NCBI GenBank assembly: GCA_003241645.1
Contig: QFOX01000004.1
Coordinates: 183 to 64,182, forward strand
Source of the DNA: Azospirillum brasilense
GTDB lineage: Bacteria; Pseudomonadota; Alphaproteobacteria; Rickettsiales; UBA3002
Direction of reading: 5' to 3'
Length of the DNA stretch: 64,000 nt
The translations under genes were made by a program, and so were the position numbers. The notes under the pieces were generated by a model. The model was not told the origin of the DNA. It ran no database searches and was given only the letters and a program-made list of their open reading frames with translations. Shown piece after piece: positions 24,882-34,826 of the stretch. Each line of letters starts with the position of its first letter. The first letter of the stretch is position 1.

Positions 24882-25502
24882 ATGAGCAAACGTCATGCCG
24901 TGAAGTACAAAATTTCCCGCCGTATCGGTGAGAACCTCTGGGGCCGCGCCAAGGACCCCGTGAACCGTCGCAGCTACGGCCCCGGCCAGCATGGTGCTGC
25001 CGCAGCCCGCAAAAAACTGTCCGACTACGGCCAGCAGCTGCGCGCCAAGCAAAAACTGAAAGCCTACTACGGCAACCTGACCGAGAAGCAGTTCAGCAAG
25101 CTCTACAAAGAAGCGATCCGCGTGAAAGGCGATACCAGCGAGAACCTGATCGGCCTGCTGGAGCGCCGCCTCGATGCAGTGATCTACCGCATGTGCGTGG
25201 TGCCCACCGTGTTCGCGGCACGCCAGTTCGTGAACCACGGCCACATCAAAGTGAACGGCCGTCGCGTGAACATCCCGAGCTACACCGTGAAAGAAGGTGA
25301 TGTGATCGAGGTGAAGGACAAGTCGAAAGAACTCGCCATCGTGATCGAGTCGATGCAGTCGCCCGAGCGCGAAGTGCCCGAATACATCGAAATGGATGAG
25401 AAGGCCGTAAAAGCGACCTTCAAGCGCATTCCGAAACTGTCGGATGTGCCCTATCCGGTGAAGATGGAACCGAATCTGGTGGTGGAATTCTACAGCCGCT
25501 AA
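24882..25502 (+). CDS. rpsD: 30S ribosomal protein S4
   Basis: [38 protein letters not shown]. Confidence 0.97.
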   Translation: MSKRHAVKYKISRRIGENLWGRAKDPVNRRSYGPGQHGAAAARKKLSDYGQQLRAKQKLKAYYGNLTEKQFSKLYKEAIRVKGDTSENLIGLLERRLDAVIYRMCVVPTVFAARQFVNHGHIKVNGRRVNIPSYTVKEGDVIEVKDKSKELAIVIESMQSPEREVPEYIEMDEKAVKATFKRIPKLSDVPYPVKMEPNLVVEFYSR

Positions 25503-25636
25503 AACGCCTTCTGGCGGGCATTGGCGGTGTCATGTCCGTGCGCGGTCGGTCATGTACTTATGGTACACTCCCTCCCTGTGCGCGGGCATTCCTAGCCACT
25601 GCCACCCCATAAGACGTTTCTTGACCAATACGAGAA

Positions 25637-25664
25637 GGGCGGCCCGAACAGGCCGCCCTTTTTG
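25637..25664 (+). terminator. Rho-independent terminator of rpsD
   Basis: gggcggcc cgaaca ggccgccc then ttttt. Confidence 0.7.
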
Positions 25665-25707
25665 CTTGCCCCTCGCAATTGCCTGCAAACCGCGCTACAT
25701 AGCTTCT

Positions 25708-26238
25708 ATGCACGACCAACATGACGATGAACGCCTGGATGCCGACGCCGTAGCGCGCCGCCTTGAAGAGCATATGGACAGCATCATGCAACTGCTTGAG
25801 GCGATCGCCGCCGAGCAGCCGGATGCCGACATGAAGCTGGCCGCGCTGCTGGAGGGCGAAGCATCCACGCAGGTGCGCGTCGCCATCATCGAGAAGCTGC
25901 AGGCGCTGCTGCGCTCCATGGCTGCGGAGAAGGAAAAAGAGCTGGATAAATTCATCGAGGCCGAAAAACGCATCGAGGTAGAACGCCAGCGCAACGTGTT
26001 CCTGCAATGGCTGCAATGGATCATGAGCGAAGAAACGCTGCGCAAGATCCGCGAGGCGTTCCTTGCCTCGCCCGCCATGCAGCAGCGGGTGCTGGACATT
26101 GGCCACGAGCTGGCCGCCCGCGGCGTGCTGAACCAGCTCACCCCCAGCGATGGGAAAAAGGCGCTGGGCGAGCTTTCGGTGAATCTGCCGCAGGTGGGGC
26201 AGGGGCAGGGCAAGGATCAGGGCAAAGGGCGGCTCTAG
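25708..26238 (+). CDS. Hypothetical acidic coiled-coil protein
   Basis: MHDQHDDERLDADAVARRLEEHMDSIMQLLEAIAAEQ...EKEKELDKFIEAEKRIEVERQ. No motif recognised. Confidence 0.5.
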   Translation: MHDQHDDERLDADAVARRLEEHMDSIMQLLEAIAAEQPDADMKLAALLEGEASTQVRVAIIEKLQALLRSMAAEKEKELDKFIEAEKRIEVERQRNVFLQWLQWIMSEETLRKIREAFLASPAMQQRVLDIGHELAARGVLNQLTPSDGKKALGELSVNLPQVGQGQGKDQGKGRL

Positions 26239-26244
26239 GCCGCG

Positions 26245-26670
26245 TTAGTCGCGGCCACGCCCACGCGCTTCGGTGCGCACGGCGCAGCGGCCATTCGCCG
26301 CACGGTAGCCGACATAGCGGTTCGGCTCATCCTGCGCGTCGTCAAAATCACGCACCTGACACAGCCGCGCCCCGGCTTCGGCGCGCGTACGGGCAAGTTC
26401 CATGATGGCGCGGTATTCGCGCGAGCCGGGCTGTGGGGCGGGCGTGTCGTAAAGCTCGGCCTTGCCGGCGATCTGGCGGCGGGCGCAGCTTTGCGTCGAT
26501 GCATCGTTGATGGAGCCAAGGCCCACCCACCCAGCCAGCGTATTGCCGATGGAGGCGAGCACGCCGTCATTGCGCGGATCGGGCAGCAGGCAACGCGTGG
26601 CCACCGCCTGCGCGGCCTCGGCCTGCTGGCGGTCGTTGAAATGGCGTTGCGATGGAGGCGTATCACCCAT
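26245..26670 (-). CDS. Hypothetical protein (141 aa)
   Basis: Most protein-like of several overlapping frames in this span. No motif recognised. Confidence 0.35.
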   Translation of the reverse strand: MGDTPPSQRHFNDRQQAEAAQAVATRCLLPDPRNDGVLASIGNTLAGWVGLGSINDASTQSCARRQIAGKAELYDTPAPQPGSREYRAIMELARTRAEAGARLCQVRDFDDAQDEPNRYVGYRAANGRCAVRTEARGRGRD

Positions 26671-26731
26671 AGCCTAGATTCTAGCGCAAATGGGCCCGGA
26701 AAGTATGACGATTCGGTGAAATATCCAGCGT

Positions 26732-27082
26732 TTAGGCCGCGTTCTCTTCGCGGAAGGCGATGCCTTTTTCTTTCAGCAGCGCCTGCAGCTCGCCGGACTG
26801 GTACATGTCGCGCACGATGTCGCAGCCGCCGATGAATTCGCCCTTCACATAGAGCTGCGGAATGGTCGGCCAGTCGGAAAAGGCCTTGATGCCCTCGCGG
26901 ATCTCCATATCGGCCAGCACGTTCACGTCGTGATACTCGCTGATGCCGAGGCGCTCCATGACCGCGGCGACGGTGGCGGAGAACCCACATTGCGGCAGCT
27001 TCTTGCTGCCCTTCATGTAGAGCACGATGTCGTGGCTTTTAATGTCGGCCTCGATGCGGGCGAAGGCGGGGTTCTCGGTCAT
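26732..27082 (-). CDS. grxD: Monothiol glutaredoxin (Grx4 family)
   Basis: [19 protein letters not shown]...[19 protein letters not shown] with the CGFS active site. Confidence 0.9.
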   Translation of the reverse strand: MTENPAFARIEADIKSHDIVLYMKGSKKLPQCGFSATVAAVMERLGISEYHDVNVLADMEIREGIKAFSDWPTIPQLYVKGEFIGGCDIVRDMYQSGELQALLKEKGIAFREENAA

Positions 27083-27090
27083 GGCGGTTC

Positions 27091-27492
27091 CTATAAATAA
27101 ATATCGACCGTGCCGTCTTCTCTCTGCACGGGCGCCGTATCCCGCGATGCTGGCTTGCCGGTCATGACCGGCTGGCAACGGCTGACCTGCAATTCCAGGT
27201 CGCGTTTCAGGTGCACAGGCAACGCGCGGGTGCGCGCCATCTCAAATAGATCAGCCTCCACCAAATGCAATCCCTCATTGATGCAGCGGCAATAATTCGC
27301 GGCGTTGCCTTCGCTGACCTGCCGCGGCACCAGCCCGCGGGCCACCATTTCGGTGGTGCATTGGTTAAGATTGTTGCTGCGCAACTTGGCGGTGGCGTAG
27401 GCCGTGAATTGCGGCAGGCCCCAGAAATACATCACCGGAAGCATGAGGAGCCAGAAAATGAACAGGCGAAGCAAAAACCGCATGCCCACCAA
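27091..27492 (-). CDS. Hypothetical membrane-anchored protein
   Basis: N-terminal TM segment [19 protein letters not shown]. Directly upstream of grxD on the same strand. Confidence 0.5.
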   Translation of the reverse strand: MVGMRFLLRLFIFWLLMLPVMYFWGLPQFTAYATAKLRSNNLNQCTTEMVARGLVPRQVSEGNAANYCRCINEGLHLVEADLFEMARTRALPVHLKRDLELQVSRCQPVMTGKPASRDTAPVQREDGTVDIYL

Positions 27493-27600
27493 CGTAAGCG
27501 TTTTTGCATGCCGCGTCCAGTGCCTTGCAGAATTTGCACTGGCACGGGGCAGGGTTTGTCGCTAAGCACGAACCAGCCACCCTTGCACCGATGGACCCCC

Positions 27601-29823
27601 ATGACTGCGATCGCCGAAAAAGCTGCTGAAACCACCCCGCACATCACCAAAGAGATCATCGAGGCGCACGGCCTGACGCATGACGAATACGAGCGCGTGG
27701 TGCATATTCTGGGCCGCACGCCGAACCTTGTCGAGCTGGGCATTTTCAGCGTGATGTGGAGCGAGCATTGCAGCTACAAGACCACCCGCAAATGGCTGCG
27801 CAGTTTCCCCACCACCGGCCCGCAGGTGATCTGTGGCCCGGGCGAGAATGCCGGCGTCATCGACATTCAGGACGGGCAGGCGATCATCTTCAAAATGGAA
27901 TCGCACAACCACCCCAGCTTCATCGAGCCGTTCCAAGGGGCGGCCACCGGCGTGGGCGGCATTTTGCGTGACGTATTCACCATGGGCGCGCGCCCCATCG
28001 CGCTGCTGAACGCGCTGCGCTTCGGCGAACCGGCGAACCCGAAAACGCGCCACATCGTTAACGGCGTGGTCGCGGGCATCGCGCATTACGGCAACTGCGT
28101 GGGCGTGCCCACCGTGGGCGGCGAGGCCATTTTCCACGCCAGCTACAATGGCAACCCGCTGGTGAACGCCATGGCGGTGGGCCTGGCCGATATGGACAAG
28201 ATCTTCTATTCCAAAGCTTCGGGCGTGGGCAACGACGTGATCTATTTCGGTGCCAAGACCGGGCGCGACGGCATTCATGGCGCCACCATGGCCAGCGCCG
28301 AGTTCGACGAGAATTCCGAAGAAAAACGCCCCACCGTGCAGGTGGGTGACCCGTTCACCGAAAAGCTGCTCATCGAGGCCTGCCTTGAGCTGATGGCGAC
28401 CGACGCGATCATCTCCATTCAGGATATGGGCGCGGCCGGCCTGACCTGCAGCTCGCTGGAGATGGCGAGCAAAGGCGAGCTCGGCATCGAGATGCAGCTG
28501 GAGAACGTGCCCGTGCGCGAAGAGCGCATGACGCCCTACGAGATCATGCTTTCCGAATCGCAGGAGCGCATGCTGATGGTGGTCAAGCCCGGCCATGAGG
28601 ACGAGGTCTACGCCATTATGAAGAAATGGAACCTTGCCTGCGCCACCATCGGTAAACTCACCGACACGGGCCGCATGGTGCTGAAAATGCAGGGCGAGGT
28701 GGTGTGCGATATTCCCGTCGCCCCGCTTTCCGACGAAGCGCCGGTGTATGACCGGCCCTACACGCTCACCCCGCCGCGCCCCGTGCTTGCCGCGGCCGAT
28801 GTGCCGCCCCCGCGCGACCTTGGGCAGGCGCTGGCGCAGCTCATGGCGTGCCCCGACCTTGCCAGCAAGCGCTGGATCTGGACGCAGTACGACCACATGG
28901 TGATGAACGACACCGTAGCCCGCCCGGGTGGTGACGCCGCCGTGGTGCGCGTGCATGGCACGCAAAAAGCCGTGGCGCTGACCAGCGACTGCACCCCGCG
29001 CTACGTGGAAGCCGACCCGGTGGATGGCGGCAAACAGGCCGTGGCCGAAAGCTGGCGTAACCTCATTGCCACCGGCGCGGAGCCGCTCGCCATTACCGAT
29101 TGCCTGAATTTCGGCAACCCGCAGAAGCCCGAAGTGATGGGCCAGATCGTGGGCGCCATTCAGGGCATGGCGGAAGCCTGCCGCGTGCTTGGCTACCCGG
29201 TCGTGTCGGGCAACGTGTCGCTGTACAATGACACGCACGGCAAATCGGTGCAGCCCACCCCCACCGTGGGTGGCGTTGGCCTGCTGAGCGACTACAGCAA
29301 GCGCGTGGGCAATGCCTTCACCGAGGTGGGGCAGGCCATTCTGGTGCTGGGCGAAACGCATGGCCACCTTGGCAGTTCGCTGTACCTGCGCGAGCAATGC
29401 GCCCGCGAAGACGGCGCGCCGCCGCCGGTCGATCTGGCGAAGGAAAAAGCCCATGGCCGCATGGTGCAATTGTTGATCCAGAAAGGCCTGCTTGCCGCCT
29501 GCCACGACGTGAGCGATGGCGGGCTGCTGGTGGCCGTGGCGGAGATGTGCCTGCCCAAACGCATTGGTGCACAATTGCGCTTCCCGGCGCATATCCTGCC
29601 GCACGCCTATGCGTTCGGTGAGGATCAGGCGCGCTACGTGCTGGCGGTGGATGCACAGCACAAAGACGAGGTGCTGGTGATGCTGAATCAGGCAGGCCTG
29701 CCGTTCGATGATCTGGGCCACACCATTGCCGACCTGCTCATCGTGGAAGACAAAGCGCGCATGCCGGTGGAACACCTGCACGACGTGAACGAAACCTGGC
29801 TGCCCGGCTACATGGCCGCATAG
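27601..29823 (+). CDS. purL: Phosphoribosylformylglycinamidine synthase subunit PurL
   Basis: [33 protein letters not shown]...SEHCSYKTT...ESHNHPS. 740 aa. Confidence 0.97.
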   Translation: MTAIAEKAAETTPHITKEIIEAHGLTHDEYERVVHILGRTPNLVELGIFSVMWSEHCSYKTTRKWLRSFPTTGPQVICGPGENAGVIDIQDGQAIIFKMESHNHPSFIEPFQGAATGVGGILRDVFTMGARPIALLNALRFGEPANPKTRHIVNGVVAGIAHYGNCVGVPTVGGEAIFHASYNGNPLVNAMAVGLADMDKIFYSKASGVGNDVIYFGAKTGRDGIHGATMASAEFDENSEEKRPTVQVGDPFTEKLLIEACLELMATDAIISIQDMGAAGLTCSSLEMASKGELGIEMQLENVPVREERMTPYEIMLSESQERMLMVVKPGHEDEVYAIMKKWNLACATIGKLTDTGRMVLKMQGEVVCDIPVAPLSDEAPVYDRPYTLTPPRPVLAAADVPPPRDLGQALAQLMACPDLASKRWIWTQYDHMVMNDTVARPGGDAAVVRVHGTQKAVALTSDCTPRYVEADPVDGGKQAVAESWRNLIATGAEPLAITDCLNFGNPQKPEVMGQIVGAIQGMAEACRVLGYPVVSGNVSLYNDTHGKSVQPTPTVGGVGLLSDYSKRVGNAFTEVGQAILVLGETHGHLGSSLYLREQCAREDGAPPPVDLAKEKAHGRMVQLLIQKGLLAACHDVSDGGLLVAVAEMCLPKRIGAQLRFPAHILPHAYAFGEDQARYVLAVDAQHKDEVLVMLNQAGLPFDDLGHTIADLLIVEDKARMPVEHLHDVNETWLPGYMAA

Positions 29824-29833
29824 GAGGGTGGGT

Positions 29834-31198
29834 ATGGACGCGAATGCTCCGCAGGAATTCTCCACCGAGGTGCGCGGCCATTACGAAGAGCTGCCCTACC
29901 CGTACCGCGACGTCGCGCAGGAGGGGAAGCAATTTAATGGCTCCGATGGTTTCAACCCCACCGCGTTCACGCATCATGGCTGGCAGGGCAAGCGCGACCT
30001 GCGCGACGGCGCACGCATTCTGATCGCGGGCGATGGCACGGGCGATGCCTCGATCAACTGGGCGGAAAGCATGCTCGGCAGCCGTGCCGAGATCGTGGCG
30101 ATCGATCTGTCTTCGCAATCCATTGCGCTGGCCAAAGCGCGCCTTGCCAAGCGCCAGCTCACAAACGTGACGCACCACCACATGTCCATTCTGGACCTGC
30201 CAACGGCCGGGCTTGGCAGCTTCGACGTGATCGAATGCACCGGCGTGCTGCACCATTTGCCCGACCCGGCGGCCGGCCTTGCGGCACTGGGTTCCGTGCT
30301 GAAGGATGATGGCATCATGGGGCTGATGGTCTATGCCGAATATGGCCGCGTGGCGGTCTATATGCTGCAGGACCTGTTCCGCCGCCTGAGCACCCCCGAC
30401 ATGACGCGCGCCGAGAAACTTGCGCTGGCGCGCGCGTTTCTCGATAACGTGCCCACCACGCACTGGATCACCGTGAAGAATGAGCTTTTCCTTGGCGACA
30501 TCCAGTGGCCGGATGGCAGCGGCATCTACGACCTGCTGTTGCACAGCACCGATCGCGCCTACACCGTGCCGCAGCTTTATGAATGGGTGCAGGGTGCCGG
30601 GTTGAACCTGCATGGCCTGTTCGGCGATTTCATCAGTGAGTCGCTGTATGAGCCCGGCAATTACAATCGCGATCCGCGTATCCTCGCTTCGCTGGAAGGG
30701 AAGGATAAGCCCGAGCGGCAAGCCATCGCCGAGCTGATGCATGGCAGCATGTGCAAGCACAACCTGTACGTGACCAAGCAGCCCAAAGAGCCGGCCTCTT
30801 TCGCCGATGATATGGTCATCACTTATGGGCTGATGCACACGCTGTTCGTATCGTTCGTGGCGGAGCTTTCGGCCCTGCTGGCGCAGGTGAATATCGGGGA
30901 ACGGGTGCTGTTCCGCCCACGCCCGATGGCGACGGCCGAGATGATGTACCTCACCCGCCGCCCGGCAACGATCATGCTGCTACAAGCCATCGATGGGAAG
31001 CGCAGCATCGGCGAGATCGTGGGCCTTGTCAGCAGGGAAGCCAAGCTGTCGCGCAACGATGTGCGCAAGGACCTGCACCTGCTCTACACCGAGATGTATG
31101 ATCGGTTGCTGGTGTTCCTGCGGCATGAATCGGTGCCACCCTACTTCACGGCCGTTGAAATGCTGGCGCGGTTGCGCGCGATTGGGCTGATTGCTTAG
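29834..31198 (+). CDS. Class I SAM-dependent methyltransferase with an extra C-terminal region
   Basis: aggagg RBS. ILIAGDGTGDASI (motif I) ...FDVIECTGVLHHLPDP...GIMGLMVY. The C-terminal ~60 aa resemble a PqqD-like fold (AIDGKRSIGEIVGLV). Confidence 0.8.
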   Translation: MDANAPQEFSTEVRGHYEELPYPYRDVAQEGKQFNGSDGFNPTAFTHHGWQGKRDLRDGARILIAGDGTGDASINWAESMLGSRAEIVAIDLSSQSIALAKARLAKRQLTNVTHHHMSILDLPTAGLGSFDVIECTGVLHHLPDPAAGLAALGSVLKDDGIMGLMVYAEYGRVAVYMLQDLFRRLSTPDMTRAEKLALARAFLDNVPTTHWITVKNELFLGDIQWPDGSGIYDLLLHSTDRAYTVPQLYEWVQGAGLNLHGLFGDFISESLYEPGNYNRDPRILASLEGKDKPERQAIAELMHGSMCKHNLYVTKQPKEPASFADDMVITYGLMHTLFVSFVAELSALLAQVNIGERVLFRPRPMATAEMMYLTRRPATIMLLQAIDGKRSIGEIVGLVSREAKLSRNDVRKDLHLLYTEMYDRLLVFLRHESVPPYFTAVEMLARLRAIGLIA

Positions 31199-31629
31199 TG
31201 AAGGGTGCGGGTGGCCGGCGCGTTGATGCGGGCTTCTTCCGCGGCGGCAAAGCTGCGGTCGGCCTGCTTGGCGCCTTCTTCCAGAATGGTGGACAGGCGG
31301 GGCGAATGCACCGGGCCTTCCAGCATTTCTTCCTGCTCCAGCGCGGTGGCGCGGCCTTCCAGCCGGGCCAGCTTGGCATCGTAGATCGTGTTGTGTTTCT
31401 GCTGGTGGTAATTGCTGAGCGCCTGATGGCCGCTGAACATGCCCACGGTGAGCGCGGTGGAAAGCACGCTGATGACCGCCACGGTCACCGACACGCCGGG
31501 CAGCACGCCCGCCAGCATCAGCCCGCCCACGGGCACGGCCAGCGCGGCGATGTAGCCAAAGCTGCGCACGAGACCCTTTTTGGCGCCATCCCAGAAGGCG
31601 GAAGCGGTTTCCTGTGTTGAGAGCTGCAT
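31195..31629 (-). CDS. Hypothetical membrane protein with a bilobed hydrophobic segment and FAAAEEAR tail
   Basis: FGYIAALAVPVGGLMLAGVLPGVSVTVAVISVLSTALTVGMF ... RSFAAAEEARINAPATRTLH. Confidence 0.55.
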   Translation of the reverse strand: MQLSTQETASAFWDGAKKGLVRSFGYIAALAVPVGGLMLAGVLPGVSVTVAVISVLSTALTVGMFSGHQALSNYHQQKHNTIYDAKLARLEGRATALEQEEMLEGPVHSPRLSTILEEGAKQADRSFAAAEEARINAPATRTLH

Positions 31630-31720
31630 TCCTTAGATGTAGCAAAAATCACCGGCGGCCGGTGTGAAGATTGTGTGACGGCAACGGATGCGCTATAGAG
31701 CCCCGCAGGAGAACCGCACC

Positions 31721-31951
31721 ATGCCCATGACCGCCGACGAGATCACCCGCCGCATTACTGCTGCCATTCCCGATGCGCAGGTGGAACTGACCGACCTTGC
31801 CGGTGATAACGACCATTGGCAGGCCACGGTGAAAAGTGCGCAATTTAAAGGGCTGAATCGTGTGGCGCAGCACCGCATGGTGAACGCGGCATTCGGTGCC
31901 GATTTGGGCACCACGCTGCATGCGCTGGCGGTCACGACCGTGGCGATCTAG
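31721..31951 (+). CDS. bolA: BolA family protein
   Basis: VELTDLAGDNDHWQATVKSAQFKGLNRVAQHRMVNAAF...LHALAV. Confidence 0.8.
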   Translation: MPMTADEITRRITAAIPDAQVELTDLAGDNDHWQATVKSAQFKGLNRVAQHRMVNAAFGADLGTTLHALAVTTVAI

Positions 31952-31965
31952 CGCGACGGCTCCGG

Positions 31966-32247
31966 CTATTGCGCCGGGCCAGCCTTATTCAATAGCTCGT
32001 ATTGTTGCTTCACGATCTGTAGCTGCGCCGCCTGGTATTGCAGGATCTTCTCGAGCGTTTCGATTTGCTTCTGCTGCTGTTCCTGAATGGCTTTCAGGGT
32101 TTCGTTCTGCTGCTGCAAGGCCGCAAGGCTTTCCTTCTGGAAGCCAAGCTGCTGCTGCTGGAACGGCGAATTCACATAGACCGGGTTCGACGCCGCATGG
32201 GCGCTTGCCGCGCTCAGCGTGATGAGAAGGAAAGCGAAGCGTTTCAT
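31966..32247 (-). CDS. Secreted Gln-rich coiled-coil protein (93 aa)
   Basis: MKRFAFLLITLSAASAHA signal peptide, then a QQQQLGFQKESLAALQQQNETLKAIQEQQQKQIETLEK heptad-like sequence. Confidence 0.55.
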   Translation of the reverse strand: MKRFAFLLITLSAASAHAASNPVYVNSPFQQQQLGFQKESLAALQQQNETLKAIQEQQQKQIETLEKILQYQAAQLQIVKQQYELLNKAGPAQ

Positions 32248-32355
32248 AAGGCATCATCCATGGTGCGGTGGGGAAGGCGTTCTGCCTTCATGCCACCGAC
32301 CATAGCGATGCTGCGTGGAAAAATCCACGCCAGAAGCACGGGGTGCTGCGCGGGA

Positions 32356-32505
32356 TTAATCCGCGTCGTGCACGACCACGGGTTGGGCCGCAGGCTGCTG
32401 CACGATGATGGGTTGACGCTCGATGACGGTGGTCTTCTCGTCGTCCCCGCAGGCGGTGAGGGTGAACGCGAGCGGGGCAAGGGCAAACAGATGGATAAGG
32501 CGCAT
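32356..32505 (-). CDS. Small putative lipoprotein (49 aa)
   Basis: MRLIHLFALAPLAFTLTACGDDEK has a lipobox. Confidence 0.4.
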   Translation of the reverse strand: MRLIHLFALAPLAFTLTACGDDEKTTVIERQPIIVQQPAAQPVVVHDAD

Positions 32506-33097
32506 AACAACTCCTGATGAATGGGTGTTGTCTACGATGCCTGCATTGCCATCAGCGTGCGATGTGCCGCGCCCACGCAAAGAATAAAAAAAGGGCCGGG
32601 GAAAACCCCGACCCTGCAGTTGGCAAACCACGTTAAACTCGTTCTTCCGCGCTACCTAGCCGCGGGCATTCCCTGCGTCGTGTGCCGAATACGCTACGGG
32701 GGCGGGCGGGGGTACGAAGGCCGAAGCCCCGTCCACTCGTCCGTCGCCGCGCTGTGTATCAAGGGCTTTCACCCCCTTGATCCCCAACCCTTCACCTTGC
32801 ATGTCGTAAAGACTTGCCGTGACCATGCTGAGGAAGGCTTCCCCGTCAAACCCCCGGGCACTCAGATGTGCGGCGGCAGAGCGCGCCGAATCCATCGAGA
32901 CCGTCAGGTAAGCCAGGTTCATATCACCACCATCGTTTTTTAATCGTCAGCGGTGATCCCGCCCTACAACTTGAAGGTAGCAAATAAGTGTTAATGGGGA
33001 GTTAACTTGCCCTAAACTTATCGGCAAATACGCGCATTTATCTATTGATGAAAATCAATGGCTTGATTGGTTTTGGCGCGATGGCTGTCGAAAAAAA

Positions 33098-33385
33098 TCA
33101 ACGCGCGGGCGAATTTTTTTGCTGCGATTGGAGGAACTTCAGCGTGTCGGCGCAGAGTTTCTCGGCCGGATTGGCCTCGCGCGGGTCGCTCAGGCGGGTG
33201 CGCATGGCGCTGGCCACCTGTTCGGCTTCCACCACGGCGATGTTCACGCCATTGCGGCAGAGCAGCTGGAAATCCGCCGGGGAATCGGGGTTGGGCAGCT
33301 GGTTCTCGCGCGCATCCGGCCCAAGCACGACCAGCTGGGGGCCCGTGCCGAAGGCAATCGTGGTGGGGGTGTTTTGCTTAGGCAT
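33098..33385 (-). CDS. Hypothetical protein (95 aa) downstream of purQ
   Basis: Same strand as purQ. No motif recognised. Confidence 0.35.
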   Translation of the reverse strand: MPKQNTPTTIAFGTGPQLVVLGPDARENQLPNPDSPADFQLLCRNGVNIAVVEAEQVASAMRTRLSDPREANPAEKLCADTLKFLQSQQKNSPAR

Positions 33386-33452
33386 GGCGCATTCTCCGTT
33401 TGCGCCAGCCTAGCAAGCCTGCATGACAGGTTGATGACAGCGGCCGGATTTT

Positions 33453-34124
33453 TTACGCGGCGAAGCGCTGCAGCAGCGAACGGAACATGACCGCACCATC
33501 GGTGCCGCCGAGGGCTTCGTCGGCATGGCGTTCGGGGTGGGGCATCAGCCCCAGCACATTACCGGCCTTGTTGGTGATGCCTGCAATGTTCTCCTGCGCA
33601 CCGTTGATGTCGTCCACATAGCGCAGGGCGACCTGACCGTTCGCGTTCAGTTCTTTCAGCGTGGCTTCATCGGCGAAGTAATTGCCCTCGGCATGCGCGA
33701 CGGGCAGGTTGATGACCTGCCCCTTGCTGTAGCCCTTGGTGAAGGCGGAGTCGGTGGCTTCCACGCGCAGCATCGCTTCTTTGCAATGGAACTTCAAATG
33801 GTCGTTGCGCATCAGCGTGCCGGGCAGCAGGCCCGATTCGCAGAGGATCTGGAACCCGTTGCAGATACCGAGCACATGGCCGCCTGCCTCGGCAAAGGCT
33901 TTGACGCTTTGCATAATGGGCGAACGCGCCGCCATGGCGCCGCAGCGCAGGTAATCACCGAAGCTGAACCCGCCGGGCAGCACCACCAGATCCAGCCCTT
34001 CGGGCAGGGTGGCGTCGTCGTGCCAGACTTTGGTGGGGTTCATGCCCTCGGCTTCAAGCACGCTGAACACGTCGCGATCGCAGTTGGAGCCGGGGAAAAC
34101 GATAACGGCGGATTTCATGGGCAT
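33453..34124 (-). CDS. purQ: Phosphoribosylformylglycinamidine synthase glutaminase subunit PurQ
   Basis: MKSAVIVFPGSNCDRD...GICNGFQIL...MPHPER. Confidence 0.95.
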   Translation of the reverse strand: MPMKSAVIVFPGSNCDRDVFSVLEAEGMNPTKVWHDDATLPEGLDLVVLPGGFSFGDYLRCGAMAARSPIMQSVKAFAEAGGHVLGICNGFQILCESGLLPGTLMRNDHLKFHCKEAMLRVEATDSAFTKGYSKGQVINLPVAHAEGNYFADEATLKELNANGQVALRYVDDINGAQENIAGITNKAGNVLGLMPHPERHADEALGGTDGAVMFRSLLQRFAA

Positions 34125-34135
34125 CTCTCCATTCT

Positions 34136-34283
34136 GTCATCCCGGTTTGTGAAGCCAGCAGGCGCTACAACACCGGGATCCAATCAAAAATATCAGGAGA
34201 TATTTTTGAGATGAAAAACGCCTCCTGACGTTTTTCATTGGACCCCGGAGTGACTTCGCTGCTGCTGCGTCATCCGGGGTGAC
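34136..34283. repeat. 148-bp three-hairpin MITE-like element (family C) between purQ and purS
   Basis: gtcatcccggtttgtgaagccagcaggcgctacaacaccgggatcc ... cgtcatccggggtgac. Same modular layout and length as 10836..10984. Confidence 0.8.
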
Positions 34284-34290
34284 AATGTTA

Positions 34291-34530
34291 CTATTCCGCC
34301 AGTTCGACGGCGTATTTTTCGATCACGGTATTGGCCAGCAGCTTCTCGCACATCTGTTCCACCGCGGCTTTGGCTTTGGCCTTGTCCTTCTCGGCCACGT
34401 CCAGCTCGATGAATTTACCCACGCGCGCTTTCACCCCGGCGAAACCGAGATGGTCCAGCGCCGATTCAATGGCTGCGCCCTGCGGGTCAAGCACGCCGTT
34501 CTTCAGGGTGATATGGACTTTGGCCTTCAT
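34291..34530 (-). CDS. purS: Phosphoribosylformylglycinamidine synthase subunit PurS
   Basis: MKAKVHITLKNGVLDPQGAAIESALDHLGF. Confidence 0.9.
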   Translation of the reverse strand: MKAKVHITLKNGVLDPQGAAIESALDHLGFAGVKARVGKFIELDVAEKDKAKAKAAVEQMCEKLLANTVIEKYAVELAE

Positions 34531-34532
34531 GG

Positions 34533-34826
34533 TTATTCTCCGGTAAGGTCGCGCACGTTGAACGCATAGGACTGGCTGGTGCCGAGGTTGGCGGCGAGGT
34601 TCTCGTCGCCGTTCATCAGCTCCATCAGGAAGCCGAACTCGATGTCGATGACCTCGTAGGGGAATTCCTTGCCGTCGATGGCTTCTTCAAGCAGCGCGTG
34701 CGAGGTGTAGAACGGGATCATGGGTTTGCCGTTGACGATGAAATCCTGCAGCGCGAGCTGCTCGTCGTCGGGGTTGGCGGGGGCGGCCAGCACGACCGTC
34801 ACCATATCGTCAGCGTTGAATTCCAT
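34533..34826 (-). CDS. Hypothetical acidic protein (97 aa) between purC and purS
   Basis: [55 protein letters not shown] overlap with the purC stop. The upstream part of ORF 34533..35057 is a frame overlap with purC. Confidence 0.55.
   Translation of the reverse strand: MEFNADDMVTVVLAAPANPDDEQLALQDFIVNGKPMIPFYTSHALLEEAIDGKEFPYEVIDIEFGFLMELMNGDENLAANLGTSQSYAFNVRDLTGE

Noticed and set aside
26235-26990. 251-aa minus-strand ORF
   Set aside because: It overlaps grxD out of frame and is Arg/Pro/Ala-rich. Only the 141-aa frame (26245..26670) was kept, and with low confidence.
27562-29865. 767-aa minus-strand ORF
   Set aside because: It is antisense to purL. It is a shadow ORF.
32656-32922. 88-aa minus-strand ORF
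   Set aside because: It has no RBS, motif or conservation signal that I could see, and it overlaps a + strand ORF of similar quality. It is left unannotated as a gene and mentioned only within the islet finding.
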